Assembly (NCBI RefSeq): GCF_000007225.1
Contig: NC_003364.1
Span: 300,001-332,000, forward strand
DNA: 32,000 nt
From: Pyrobaculum aerophilum str. IM2
GTDB lineage: Archaea > Thermoproteota > Thermoprotei > Thermoproteales > Thermoproteaceae
Direction: 5' to 3'
The translations under genes were made by a program, and so were the position numbers. A model generated the notes under the pieces. That model saw nothing but the letters and a program-made list of their open reading frames with translations, did no database searches and was not told the origin of the DNA. Below, piece after piece: positions 23,299 through 32,000 of the stretch; position 1 is the first letter of the stretch; every line of letters begins with the position of its first letter.

Positions 23299-24339
23299 AT
23301 GGTATCAATCGCTGTCCTGGCCTCTCACAGCGCGTTAGATGTACTCGACGGAGCAAAAGAGGAAGGGTTTAGGACAATAGCCGTGGCTAAAAAAGGGCGG
23401 GAGAGGGCCTATCGGGAATTTCCAGTTGTAGACAAGCTAATCGTTCTTGACGATTATAAAGATATTTTGAAAATTGTGGATGAACTGCGGAGGGAAGACG
23501 CTGTCTTTGTGCCAAACCGCTCTTTTGCAGTTTACGTGGGGTATGACGCTATTGAGAGGCAGTTCCCAGTGCCCATATTCGGAAACCGCTATCTCTTAAA
23601 GTGGGAGGAGAGGGTAGGGCCCTTCAACTACTACCGCCTCTTGGACGAGGCGGGCATTAGAAGGCCGCGCACATTCCGCCTAGACGAAGTTGACCGCCCG
23701 GTAATTGTAAAAATGCCGGAGGCAGAGCGGCGGGTGGAGAGGGGGTTTTTCATAGCCCGGGACAGAGACGACTTGTTAAAAAAGGCAAAGAGGCTTTCTG
23801 AAGCCGGCATTATTAGGCTGGAGGATTTAGAAAACGCCTCTATTGAAGAGCTAGTGCTGGGGGCCCACTTTAACGCCAACTACTTCTACTCAGCGGTGAG
23901 GCGCAGGCTTGAACTCCACAGTTTTGACAGGAGAATACAGAGCGATTTAGACGGCGTTTACAGACTGCCGGCGAGAGAGCAACTGGAACTAGATCCCGAA
24001 GTACGCTACGTTGAAGTGGGACACGAGCCGGCCACTATACGCGAATCCCTTTTGGAGAAAGTGTTTGACATAGGCTATCGGTTTGTTGACGCCGCTAAAA
24101 GGCTGGTTCCTCCCGGCGTCATCGGCCCCTTCACGCTTCAATTTATAGTGACGCCTCAATTGGATTTAGTGGTGTACGACGTGGCGCCTAGAATCGGAGG
24201 CGGGACAAATGTCTATATAGGCGTCGGGGGCCAGTACTCAAAACTGTACTGGGGCAGGCCGATATCAATTGGGAAGAGGATAGCTATTGAAATCAAAGAG
24301 GCCGTGGAGAGGGGGATGTTATCTGAAATCACCACTTAG
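23299..24339 (+). CDS. purP: PurP-family ATP-grasp protein (FAICAR synthetase paralogue, divergent loop)
   Basis: [58 protein letters not shown] and GPFTLQFIV...[13 protein letters not shown]. It is collinear with the paralogue at 25463-26470. Confidence 0.8.
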   Translation: MVSIAVLASHSALDVLDGAKEEGFRTIAVAKKGRERAYREFPVVDKLIVLDDYKDILKIVDELRREDAVFVPNRSFAVYVGYDAIERQFPVPIFGNRYLLKWEERVGPFNYYRLLDEAGIRRPRTFRLDEVDRPVIVKMPEAERRVERGFFIARDRDDLLKKAKRLSEAGIIRLEDLENASIEELVLGAHFNANYFYSAVRRRLELHSFDRRIQSDLDGVYRLPAREQLELDPEVRYVEVGHEPATIRESLLEKVFDIGYRFVDAAKRLVPPGVIGPFTLQFIVTPQLDLVVYDVAPRIGGGTNVYIGVGGQYSKLYWGRPISIGKRIAIEIKEAVERGMLSEITT

Positions 24340-24549
24340 CCTCCTCCAGATAATACCGCCGTTTGGACAGGCCTTGGCCGCTCTCTGGACGTTGGGTAGG
24401 AGCTCGTCGCCGACTATTCCCTCGTCTATCCGCCCGTCAATTCTAAACTGGGCCTTTACCGCCGATAGGCCTTCTACAATTTCGAAAACGGCCCCTTGGC
24501 ACAGCCCGCAGCCTGTGCAGAGCCATCTATCCACTTTTACATAAATCAC
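24319..24549 (-). CDS. small single-cluster ferredoxin
   Basis: 76 aa. The pattern is [13 protein letters not shown]...[10 protein letters not shown] (CxxCxxC...CP). An A/T box lies about 23 nt upstream. The 3' end overlaps purP by 21 nt. Confidence 0.7.
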   Translation of the reverse strand: MIYVKVDRWLCTGCGLCQGAVFEIVEGLSAVKAQFRIDGRIDEGIVGDELLPNVQRAAKACPNGGIIWRRLSGDFR

Positions 24550-24595
24550 GGAATAAGAAAGGCACTTATTAAATAGTCTTATTTCTAATTATCGA

Positions 24596-25423
24596 CTAAT
24601 ACTGCTGAAATCTATAAATGTAAAACTGTTTATCTATTAATTTCCAGTCCTCCTCAGAGAGCGCCCAGCCTATGGACTGGGCTATCTCCTCTACGTGCGA
24701 CGCGCTGGAGGCTTTTACAATTGGCACCACGTTGGGTATTTTTACATACCAGTTGAGGGCTACTTGTACTGCGCTTTTATTATACTTCCTCCCTATAGAG
24801 GCCAAGAAGCTGTCTAGAGCTAAGGCGCCGCGTTCAAGCGGGCTGTAGCCCAAGTATAATAGCCCCTCTCTCTGAGCCAGCGGGATTACGTCTAATTCGT
24901 CCCTCCTATAGCGCAAGCTGTATTTATTCTCAATCGCAACAGGCTCCATTCTCTTTGTACAAGTGAGAGCCGCAGATACTTGACTCGCCGTGACGTTGCT
25001 CAAGCCGAAATTATCAGCCAGCCCCTTGGCCACGGCGCTTTCCAACGCTTTTACCACATCGCATATGTGGTAACCCACAGGCACCCAGTGTAACATGACC
25101 ATCCAGGGGCGGCGCCCTAGTCTCTCAGTTGAGCCTAAAAGCCTCTTGTAGACCTCGCCCGGCTCGAGAGAAGACGGGTGTATCTTCGTAATGACTAGAA
25201 GCTCCTCTATGCCCGAAGAGGCGATTTTTATAAGCTCCTCCGCGTGTCCCTCGCCGTATAGCTCTGATGTGTCCACAAGGCGCAAGCCCAGCTCAAAGCC
25301 ACGCCTCAAAGCCTTGACGGCTTCGAAATCCCTAGAATTGTCGCGCCTCCAGAAGTCGCCTCCTATGCCGAATGTGCCGAGGCCTATCTCTGGGACGCAC
25401 CCCGCCTTGCTCGCGCATTTCAT
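24596..25423 (-). CDS. aldo/keto reductase
   Basis: IGLGTFGIGG..., VDTSELYGEGHAEELIK and the HWV motif. The ORF is open to 25432, but ATG 25423 fits the A/T box CTTTATAAATC (25444-25454) better. Confidence 0.85.
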   Translation of the reverse strand: MKCASKAGCVPEIGLGTFGIGGDFWRRDNSRDFEAVKALRRGFELGLRLVDTSELYGEGHAEELIKIASSGIEELLVITKIHPSSLEPGEVYKRLLGSTERLGRRPWMVMLHWVPVGYHICDVVKALESAVAKGLADNFGLSNVTASQVSAALTCTKRMEPVAIENKYSLRYRRDELDVIPLAQREGLLYLGYSPLERGALALDSFLASIGRKYNKSAVQVALNWYVKIPNVVPIVKASSASHVEEIAQSIGWALSEEDWKLIDKQFYIYRFQQY

Positions 25424-25462
25424 TACTAACATATGTGGTAATCTTTATAAATCTTTTTATCA

Positions 25463-26470
25463 TTATGTAAAAAGATGTTCTATTTTTCCCCTTTTCACAG
25501 CCTCTTTTATTTCATGGGCTATCCTCTCCCCCATGTCCATCGGCTTGTCAAAATACAGAACTGAGTACGGCGAGCCGTAGCCCATATATATATTAGTGCC
25601 CGCAACTATCCTGCCCGAGAACTCAAACACTACTATTGACATGTCGTCTTTTATTATTGACTCTAGACAGAAGGGCCCGGCTAATTTACACCCCACGGCC
25701 TCCTCTACCGCCTTTAAGAATTGAACTCCGTATGTATATATGGTAGGCAGTAGCGACTCTCTCAACACCATCGGCAAGTTCCCAACGACGACAAACGTGG
25801 GCTCCGCCCAGCCGAAAGTCCTGCCGTCTACATTGCTCTCATATCTAATATCCGCGCCGAAAATCTCCAGCCTGGAGTATACCGGGGATGAAAAGTAGTG
25901 GTAATACGCAGGTACGCCGAATAAATACTCCTGAATTATATAATCCTCAGTTACCCTTTTTAGCCTCTCGGCTAACTCCCGCCTATCTCTCGCCACGAAA
26001 TAGCCCCTCCCGCCCTTGGCGCCGAAGAGCTTCACTATAACTGGGCCCTCAACTTCCTCAGCCGTCTTATATATCCGGGGAATCGGGATGCCGGCTTTTT
26101 CTAACAGCGACATCTTCTTAAACTGATCCGCCTCCCACCTCAACAACTCGCGGCAACCTAACGTGGGGACTGGGGCCTCGAGGGCTTGCCTCCACCCCAC
26201 GTACTCCACATAAGATCCGTGGGGTATGAAAACTGCGTTATTTGCCGCCAGCTTCTCCGCAGTTTTTCTGAAGTTGGCAAAATCGCCTACCCACACCTCG
26301 TCTATAAAAGGAAACTGTCTGTAGAACTGGGCTACTGCCTCTCCCCTGGCCACCGCTATAGTCCGAAAGCCGTATTTCTTCGCCCCCCTTAGTATCTGCA
26401 AAGCCGTGTGAGAGGCCACGGTGGAGATCGCGAGCCGTTCTAAATCGTAGTTTTTTAATAACTGCGACAT
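25463..26470 (-). CDS. purP: 5-formaminoimidazole-4-carboxamide ribonucleotide (FAICAR) synthetase, PurP
   Basis: [61 protein letters not shown] and GPFCLESII...[13 protein letters not shown]. The ORF is open to ATG 26488; ATG 26470 is better placed relative to the first A/T box. Confidence 0.85.
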   Translation of the reverse strand: MSQLLKNYDLERLAISTVASHTALQILRGAKKYGFRTIAVARGEAVAQFYRQFPFIDEVWVGDFANFRKTAEKLAANNAVFIPHGSYVEYVGWRQALEAPVPTLGCRELLRWEADQFKKMSLLEKAGIPIPRIYKTAEEVEGPVIVKLFGAKGGRGYFVARDRRELAERLKRVTEDYIIQEYLFGVPAYYHYFSSPVYSRLEIFGADIRYESNVDGRTFGWAEPTFVVVGNLPMVLRESLLPTIYTYGVQFLKAVEEAVGCKLAGPFCLESIIKDDMSIVVFEFSGRIVAGTNIYMGYGSPYSVLYFDKPMDMGERIAHEIKEAVKRGKIEHLFT

Positions 26471-26488
26471 AGTGGGCTTTAGGGCCAT

Positions 26489-26690
26489 AATTTAAAGTTT
26501 TTATTGAAAACATTCCATTAATGACAATGACGTCCCTTCTATTCTTTAAAATTTTTATTTGGGTTTTAAAAATTAGTCATTTTTAATTGTTTAAATTCTT
26601 TACACATATTATTATACAAAATTTTTAAATTTTAAAATTTTCTTAAATGTATGAGTAGGTTTAAAGTTGTCGTCTTATCGCCAGTGCCAT
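26489..26690. other. extreme A/T tract with many TTTAAA words
   Basis: Hand count: 5 G/C in 60 nt at 26581-26640 and 15 of 60 at 26521-26580, against roughly half G+C elsewhere in the window. TTTAAA/TTAAA words recur throughout. Confidence 0.8.
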
Positions 26691-26694
26691 TAAA

Positions 26695-26874
26695 ATGTGG
26701 GCTACGCCTATAGCTCGTAAATACGGTCTCTCGCCAGAGGAGATTGACGTAATTACGTTTTGCCTAAAATCGAAAAAAGATACATCCAGACGATTTCCCT
26801 CCAATGAACATCAAGGCGGCGTTGAGATTTTAATAAATCTCTTTTTAAACAGTTTGTGTTTAACAAGCCGCTGA
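26695..26874 (+). CDS. 59-codon ORF with HTH-like stretch, overlapping the start of the TFB-core-like gene
   Basis: MWATPIARKYGLSPEEIDVITFCLKSKKD... ATG start. It lies just below the ORF-track cut-off and overlaps GTG 26856 by 19 nt. LSPEEIDVITFC echoes LSEEELQLIRC in the next ORF. Confidence 0.3.
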   Translation: MWATPIARKYGLSPEEIDVITFCLKSKKDTSRRFPSNEHQGGVEILINLFLNSLCLTSR

Positions 26875-27368
26875 GCGAAGAGGAGCTCCAGCTAATACGT
26901 TGCACGGAGGAGGTATTATCTAATTTAAATGAAAAGGACAATAATTGTGTAAAAGCGGCTGCTGAGTACCTCTGCAGGAAGAGGCTCGGCGGCGTAACTC
27001 CTCTTGACAAAATCGCCGCGAAGTACAATGCGCAACTTATTTGCGTATACAAGTGGTATGAGAGACTTTTCCAAATGGGGTTTAAATATCCCAGAGACTG
27101 GCTCGAATACTATCTGGAGGTTGTGAGAAGGACGTATGGCGAGGCTGTGGCAAGGGAGGTAAAACGCCTATACGACTTTTTAAAGTCTAAGGGAGCTGTT
27201 GAGGGGCTGAAAATTGGCGGCGTAGTGGCAGCCCTCCTCTACTACGCGGCGAGAAAAAATAACGTGAAATACGACGTAGTGAAAGCTGCTTATGAGTTCG
27301 ACTCCTATCCAGAAACTGTAGTTAAGAACATTGTCCTATTCCAGTGGCATATATACGGCATTATCTAG
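26856..27368 (+). CDS. TFB/TFIIB core (cyclin-repeat)-like protein lacking Zn ribbon and B-reader
   Basis: 170 aa, GTG start. VKAAAEYLCRKRLGGVTPLDKIAAKYNAQLICVYKWYERL and PRDWLEYYLE...GLKIGGVVAALLYYAARKNNVKYDVVKAAYEFDSYPETVVKNI align by eye with the two TFB cyclin repeats (AAxLYxACR..PRTLDEIA..V..KEI.R.YR.L and P.DYV.RF...G..P.G.AAAALYIA....G...TQ.EVA....VTE.TIRNRY). There are no Cys pairs. Confidence 0.5.
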   Translation: MFNKPLSEEELQLIRCTEEVLSNLNEKDNNCVKAAAEYLCRKRLGGVTPLDKIAAKYNAQLICVYKWYERLFQMGFKYPRDWLEYYLEVVRRTYGEAVAREVKRLYDFLKSKGAVEGLKIGGVVAALLYYAARKNNVKYDVVKAAYEFDSYPETVVKNIVLFQWHIYGII

Positions 27369-27448
27369 CGCCAAATCTGCGGCTTCGGCCTTACACGCCT
27401 CAGCACTGAAACAGACGGAGTCCTGGCGCCGTTTACTAACGAGGGCCT

Positions 27449-27685
27449 TCACAGCAGTTCGTCAAGTGCCTTTTCTAAAGCCTTGGCCACTTCGTATCCT
27501 CTGACCGTGAGCCTCACTGCGCCGTCTGCCTCCGCCAATAGCCCCTTTTCTTTTAAAAACTCGAGGTATTGTAAGAAGCGGGGGTAGTTTAGTTTCGTCC
27601 TCATGTACAGCTGAGTCCTCCCCATGGGCCCTTGTAATAAGTTGAGGAGTATGCGCGCTATTACGTCAAGGTCGTATTTAGCCAT
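27449..27685 (-). CDS. small winged-helix DNA-binding protein
   Basis: The start is taken at ATG 27685 (MAKYDLDVIARILLNLLQGPMGRTQLYMRTKLNYPRFLQYLEFLKEKGLLAEADGAVRLTVRGYEVAKAL). This is a typical ~78-aa archaeal wHTH. The longer ORF to 27772 overlaps the upstream gene. Confidence 0.65.
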   Translation of the reverse strand: MAKYDLDVIARILLNLLQGPMGRTQLYMRTKLNYPRFLQYLEFLKEKGLLAEADGAVRLTVRGYEVAKALEKALDELL

Positions 27686-28326
27686 ATGCGAAGCCGCCGT
27701 TTTATTGAGTAATAGCGCCAGGCAGTCCACACGCCCGGCGCCAGCAGTGCGGAAAAGAGTGGGCTTTGCCAAGACATCGCTATTGACGTCAATATAGTGG
27801 CAATAGACAGCGGGAGCAACGCCTTAAATCTATTCCACTTACAGAGAGCCCCCTTACACGCGAGCGACATATACAGCCCGTAGATATATGTCAAAACCCC
27901 GGCGCTCCCCACAGCCAATATCCACCAAGGCAGAGGGGCCGTTGTTCCGCCCGCCTCACTGGTTTTATAATCGGCCTCAACCGCCCTGGCTGAAAGAGGG
28001 ACAATTGTGAGATTTTCTGAGCGGACTCTGCAAATTAACCACGACGTAGAGTTGACTCGCCAAATATCGCGGCACAGCTCATATACCGACGAGTTTACAA
28101 TCAAGGGCGCCGTGGCGTTCCCGCCCGTACGTCGATAATTTATTACAGAGCGGTCGTATGTAATATTGTTTTCCCACTTGACACTTTGCATTGTGTTTGT
28201 CTGCGCCGTAAAGCCGTGAGCTGACGCGGGCGTGCCCGCTGTAAGTAGCGCATAGAGTAGGAACAAGACAACGCTGAGGGAGGAGGCGCTGAAAATAAAG
28301 GAAAATCTCAGCTTTGCGACCTTCAC
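27661..28326 (-). CDS. membrane protein with signal peptide and N-glycosylation-sequon-rich ectodomain
   Basis: GTG start. It has an N-terminal hydrophobic signal, five N-x-S/T sequons (NIT, NAT, NSS, NST, NLT) within about 110 aa, and then about 3 TM helices. No family recognised. Confidence 0.6.
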   Translation of the reverse strand: MKVAKLRFSFIFSASSLSVVLFLLYALLTAGTPASAHGFTAQTNTMQSVKWENNITYDRSVINYRRTGGNATAPLIVNSSVYELCRDIWRVNSTSWLICRVRSENLTIVPLSARAVEADYKTSEAGGTTAPLPWWILAVGSAGVLTYIYGLYMSLACKGALCKWNRFKALLPLSIATILTSIAMSWQSPLFSALLAPGVWTAWRYYSIKRRLRIWLNTTLT

Positions 28327-28346
28327 TCTATTTAACGGCGCCGGGG

Positions 28347-28360
28347 TTTATAAGTAAAAT
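28347..28360. promoter_or_regulatory. single central A/T box shared by divergent genes 28326(-) and 28374(+)
   Basis: TTTATAAG is centred about 24 nt from both start codons in a 47-bp spacer. Confidence 0.4.
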
Positions 28361-28373
28361 GTACTGGTAGTAT

Positions 28374-29423
28374 ATGGAAGTCTATACCATAGGCTATTCG
28401 GGCTTCTCCCCTGAGGCCTTTCTCCAAACGTTGAAAAACCTCGGCGTGGAGGTTTTAATTGACGTCAGGCGCTTCCCCCGTTCGAAAACCGCGTTTTTCT
28501 CCGCCGAGAGTTTGAAAGAGGCGTTAAACAAGGCTGGGATTAGCTACGTCTGGTTGGGAGAGCTGGGGGCTCTCGGCGTGAGGGGGCCGAGGGCTGGGTG
28601 TGTGGAGTCTGAGACTTTCGACTCCTACGTCTGGAGACTGTACCACTACGCCCCGTCGATATTCCAGCTTGATCGCCTGTTAAAAATAGCGGAAAAACAC
28701 ACCTCCGTTTTAATGTGCAGAGAGGAGAACTGGCGCCACTGCCACAGACAGTTCCTCGCGGACTTCCTAGTGGAAAGGGGCCGCCGCGTTTTGCACATCA
28801 GGAGTCGCGGGGCGTTAGAGGAGCACGTAAAGACAAGTTGCTACGGAGCGTTTAGGCTACCCCCAGTGGAGTTGGTGAAGAGGGTGTATCAAGACTTCGG
28901 CCATTTATGTCAGACAGGCCCCGTGTATTTATTCGGCGGCGCTTTAGAGGGCTCAACTGCCGATATTGACGTTGTTATATACGGCGTGGGGGAGGGCTTG
29001 CCGGAGGGCTACGACGCTCAGTTCATCCCCGCCCCCCGGGCAGACCTTTTCCACTTCCACGTGACTTACAACGGCGTGTTGATATGCGGCAAGCCTCTAG
29101 TAATTCCCTTTGAGCAAAGCCTTCTCAACGAGCTGGCGGAAACGGAGGAAAGGGTATTTCTCTACCTCAACTCCCGGGATCCAGTCGTAGTGTGTAAAGC
29201 CGCCAAAGAGCTGGCCTTCGCCGCCGCGGCTGTTTTGTGCGGCCCCGGGGCGGCCACTTGGAACGCGGTGAAGAAGTGCCTAAAAAATTACGGCGTTAAG
29301 CCGCCAGACGGGTTTAAGAGGTGTTTAACTCCGCCTTCCCTCTCCGAGCTTAGAAAATACAGGGAGGTTGTGGAAAAACTGGCGTCTTTTTTGCGGGAGG
29401 CTAGAGGACAGGCGGCGAGGTGA
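28374..29423 (+). CDS. DUF488 domain fused to a minimal nucleotidyltransferase-like domain and a helical tail
   Basis: The N-terminal ~145 aa are [36 protein letters not shown]...[11 protein letters not shown]...[21 protein letters not shown], matching the DUF488 pattern. At aa 184-203, [20 protein letters not shown] matches the pol-beta NTase pattern hG[GS]-x(n)-DhD. An Ala-rich helical region follows. Confidence 0.8.
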   Translation: MEVYTIGYSGFSPEAFLQTLKNLGVEVLIDVRRFPRSKTAFFSAESLKEALNKAGISYVWLGELGALGVRGPRAGCVESETFDSYVWRLYHYAPSIFQLDRLLKIAEKHTSVLMCREENWRHCHRQFLADFLVERGRRVLHIRSRGALEEHVKTSCYGAFRLPPVELVKRVYQDFGHLCQTGPVYLFGGALEGSTADIDVVIYGVGEGLPEGYDAQFIPAPRADLFHFHVTYNGVLICGKPLVIPFEQSLLNELAETEERVFLYLNSRDPVVVCKAAKELAFAAAAVLCGPGAATWNAVKKCLKNYGVKPPDGFKRCLTPPSLSELRKYREVVEKLASFLREARGQAAR

Positions 29424-31089
29424 CCGCGCCCTTATCCGCCTGCTGCACTAAAGAGGCGTATTTTGCGAGCAGTCCGCCTTTGTACTTCGGAGGCGGCGGC
29501 GACCAGTTTTTACGCCTACGCTCCAGCTCTTCTTCCCCTAACTCTAGCTTTAAAAGCCCTGCCTCCCCGTCTATAACTATCCTATCTCCGTTTTGCACTA
29601 GTGCTATTGGCCCGCCCACCGCGGCCTCTGGGGATACGTGGCCAACCATTATCCCCCTAGTGGCCCCCGAGAAGCGCCCGTCTGTTATCAACGCGACTAC
29701 CTCGCCTAGACCTGCGCCTACAATTGCGGCCGTTATTTTCAACATTTCAGGCATTCCCGGAGCGCCCTTAGGCCCCTCGTAGCGTATTACAACCACGTCG
29801 CCGGCTTTAATCTCCCCAGACGCCACAGCTTTAAATGCCTCTGCCTCTGAGTCGTACACCTTCGCCCTCCCCTCGAATTTTAGCCTCTCTGCCGCGCCTA
29901 CTTTCATCACTGCGCCGTTTGGCGCCAAGTTGCCTCTTAATATGCGTATTCCTGAATAGGGCTTGTATGGCCTGTCCACATCGTATAAAACTCCCGCCTC
30001 GGGGAGGGGCGGGGGTTGCCACCTATCCAGTAATTTGCCAATTGTCTCCCCCTCTACTGTAAGCGCCTCGCCTCTTAAAAGGCCGGCCTTGTACAATTTC
30101 TTTAATATCCGGGGCACGCCTCCTATTTTATCCAGGTCTTGCATGGCGTAAGGCCCGGCAGGCCTTAACGCCGCTATTACGGGCACTTTTTTAGATATTT
30201 CATCAAAGTCGTCTAAAGTGAATTTCACCCCAGCCTCGTGGGCAATGGCGAGGAGGTGCAATATGGCGTTTGTAGAGCCCGCCGTGGCGAATAACGTAAC
30301 CGCGGCGTTGTACAAGGCGTCGTAAGTCACTACTTTACGCGGAGTTATCCCCAGCTCAGCCGCCTTCAGCACTGCCCTGCCAGACGCAATTGCAAAGGCC
30401 CTCCTCCTGGAGGACGTGGCAGGAGGCGACGCAGAGCCTAATAGAGACAAGCCGAGCGCCTCCCCGATCATGGCCATGGTGTTAGCCGTGAAAAGGCCTT
30501 GACAAGTGCCGTAAGAGGGGAAGGACAGCTCCTCAATTCTCTTTAAATCCTCCAGCGTTATCCTCCCGGCTAGGTAGGCCCCCACGGCCTCAAAAGTATC
30601 TTCTATGGTGAGCTCTCTCTCGCCGAGCCATCCCGCCTCGGCCGTGCCTCCGTAGAGATACACCGCAGGTATGTCCAGTCTCACCATAGCCATCATAATC
30701 CCCGGCTGCGTCTTGTCGCAACCCCCAATCCCCACCCAGGCGTCGACGCCGTGGGCGTTAAACTGGGCCTCTATTGTATCTGCTATTAAATCTCTGCTTA
30801 TTAGAGAATAGCGCATTCCAGGCGTCCCCATGTTAATCCCGTCGTTCACTACAATTGTCGGCGCCGCGAGTCCGACGCCCCCAGCCTCCTTGATCCCCTC
30901 TTTGACGTATTTCGCCAGCTCGAGCGTGTGGTAATTACAGGGGCCCAGCTCAGACCAAGAGGCGAGCACTCCCACAATAGGCTTTGAAAAGTCCTCCTCC
31001 GTAAAACCTATCGCCTTGAGGTAAGATCTGTGAGGCGCATTATCCACGCCGTCGTACCACAGGGGAGAGCGGATTCTTATTTTAACCAT
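29401..31089 (-). CDS. ilvD: dihydroxy-acid dehydratase
   Basis: [29 protein letters not shown] and [11 protein letters not shown]. The ORF is open to 31101; ATG 31089 (MVKIRIRSP...) lies 28 nt from the A/T box GTTTATATAGATT. Confidence 0.95.
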   Translation of the reverse strand: MVKIRIRSPLWYDGVDNAPHRSYLKAIGFTEEDFSKPIVGVLASWSELGPCNYHTLELAKYVKEGIKEAGGVGLAAPTIVVNDGINMGTPGMRYSLISRDLIADTIEAQFNAHGVDAWVGIGGCDKTQPGIMMAMVRLDIPAVYLYGGTAEAGWLGERELTIEDTFEAVGAYLAGRITLEDLKRIEELSFPSYGTCQGLFTANTMAMIGEALGLSLLGSASPPATSSRRRAFAIASGRAVLKAAELGITPRKVVTYDALYNAAVTLFATAGSTNAILHLLAIAHEAGVKFTLDDFDEISKKVPVIAALRPAGPYAMQDLDKIGGVPRILKKLYKAGLLRGEALTVEGETIGKLLDRWQPPPLPEAGVLYDVDRPYKPYSGIRILRGNLAPNGAVMKVGAAERLKFEGRAKVYDSEAEAFKAVASGEIKAGDVVVIRYEGPKGAPGMPEMLKITAAIVGAGLGEVVALITDGRFSGATRGIMVGHVSPEAAVGGPIALVQNGDRIVIDGEAGLLKLELGEEELERRRKNWSPPPPKYKGGLLAKYASLVQQADKGAVTSPPVL

Positions 31090-31119
31090 GTATAGATACA
31101 ACGCCCAGTTTATATAGAT

Positions 31120-32000
31120 TCAGACTCTTAAAGGCCGCGCTATATAAATATTGTGAGCGTTTTCTATTACTCTGACACGCGCCCTCTTCCCTACTAACTC
31201 GTCTGAGGCGGCATCGCCATATGCCACAGTCACAACTCTATCCCATATTGCAGAACCCCTTTTATTCACCGCCACCCCCAGCATCTCACCTTTGAAAATC
31301 CCCCTCGCCACTATCTCAACTGTAATTGTGTCCCCAACGGCGTAGGGCTTGGGCAATTCAGGCGCCTTGTGGATATTATACTCGCCCTTTTTGGGTATAA
31401 GCGGGATCCCCAGCTCTTTTTCCATTTCCCGCAACTTCCGCCAGAACTCGCCCCACGTCATCGGCCTAACCTCCACCTTCCTCCCCCTCTTATGCGGGAT
31501 GTATTTTTGTATCAAGACGGGAGTTTGGCCCCTCCCCACGCCGTTTTCCGCCGCCCACTTCACTATTTTAGGCATCTCTCCGTCGTTTAACCCGGGCACC
31601 CACACGGGGCTGATTATTACGTTAATCCCGGCCTCCAGCGCAATTTTAATAAGCTCCAGCGCCTTTTCGACATCGTACCACTCCGCCCCTGCCAGTTTTT
31701 TCGCCAAGGCGGGATCCAGCGCGTCAACGCTTACGTTAAATCTATCAAGGCCGGCGTTGGCCAGCTGTTGTACGGCCTCTTTATCTAGCATATAAAGCCG
31801 AGTCTGCATAGAGACCAGCGCCACGCCTTTAATAGACTTCGCCCCCCTTACTAACTGCGCTAAGTGCGGATAGTGGCCGGGGTCCCCCATGCCGTCTATA
31901 TGCACCTCCACATCGTCTGTTTTTTTATACCGCACTACTTCTTCTAGCGCGGAGAGCAGAGGCTCGGGCTCTACGACGTACTCCGCCCACCTAACTCTCG
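31120..32000 (-). CDS. radical SAM-type protein with C-terminal OB/TRAM-like domain (5' end outside window)
   Basis: The frame stays open upstream of GTG 31935 to the window edge (RVRWAEYVVEPEPLLSALEEVV...). Motifs GMGDP (GGE-like), NVSVDA and the TIM-barrel-like periodicity are present. The Cys triad is presumably beyond 32000. Confidence 0.65.
   Translation of the reverse strand, partial: RVRWAEYVVEPEPLLSALEEVVRYKKTDDVEVHIDGMGDPGHYPHLAQLVRGAKSIKGVALVSMQTRLYMLDKEAVQQLANAGLDRFNVSVDALDPALAKKLAGAEWYDVEKALELIKIALEAGINVIISPVWVPGLNDGEMPKIVKWAAENGVGRGQTPVLIQKYIPHKRGRKVEVRPMTWGEFWRKLREMEKELGIPLIPKKGEYNIHKAPELPKPYAVGDTITVEIVARGIFKGEMLGVAVNKRGSAIWDRVVTVAYGDAASDELVGKRARVRVIENAHNIYIARPLRV

Noticed and set aside
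26489-26690. The A/T tract considered as a replication origin
   Set aside because: I could find no ORB/mini-ORB-like inverted repeats flanking it, and there is no orc1/cdc6 gene nearby. Composition alone is insufficient.
1-32000. A search by eye for CRISPR arrays, rRNA genes, IS elements or transposases, integrases and long terminal or inverted repeats
   Set aside because: No regularly spaced repeats, no rRNA-like sequence, and no ORF with transposase or integrase motifs were seen.

Overview
This is a compact crenarchaeal chromosome segment, most likely Pyrobaculum/Thermoproteales. That attribution is an inference from PaREP1-family genes, frequent GTG/TTG starts, and A/T boxes about 23-28 nt upstream of start codons (leaderless architecture). 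The window holds roughly 45 genes.

Centre (10.0-22.8 kb): an essentially complete siroheme-dependent (Ahb, 'alternative') haem b biosynthesis locus. It contains hemA, hemL, hemB, hemC, hemD, SUMT (cobA), precorrin-2 dehydrogenase, a CbiX-like chelatase, a fused AhbA-AhbB decarboxylase and two NirJ-like radical SAM/SPASM enzymes. The locus is split into several transcription units. It is interrupted by a decayed PaREP1 copy, a 65-codon class-III-signal-peptide (pilin-like) ORF, a Zn-ribbon protein, tRNA-Pro(CGG) and a ZIP metal permease.

Left part: a GC-rich island with ambiguous convergent ORFs (0.6-2.2 kb), PaREP1, a Nudix hydrolase and tRNA-Ala(CGC). It also carries metal-transport genes (ZnuA-like binding protein, CaCA, CDF), trpC, a YhhQ-like transporter and uppP.

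Right part: two purP paralogues flank a ferredoxin and an aldo/keto reductase. A low-GC accessory block follows (26.5-29.4 kb) with an extreme A/T tract, a Zn-ribbon-less TFB-core-like protein, a small wHTH, a glycoprotein-like membrane protein and a DUF488-nucleotidyltransferase fusion. ilvD and a partial radical SAM gene close the window.

One well-formed and two weaker C/D box sRNA candidates were found by eye. No rRNA, CRISPR array, transposase or integrase was seen. All family assignments come from motif recognition by eye; no searches were run.
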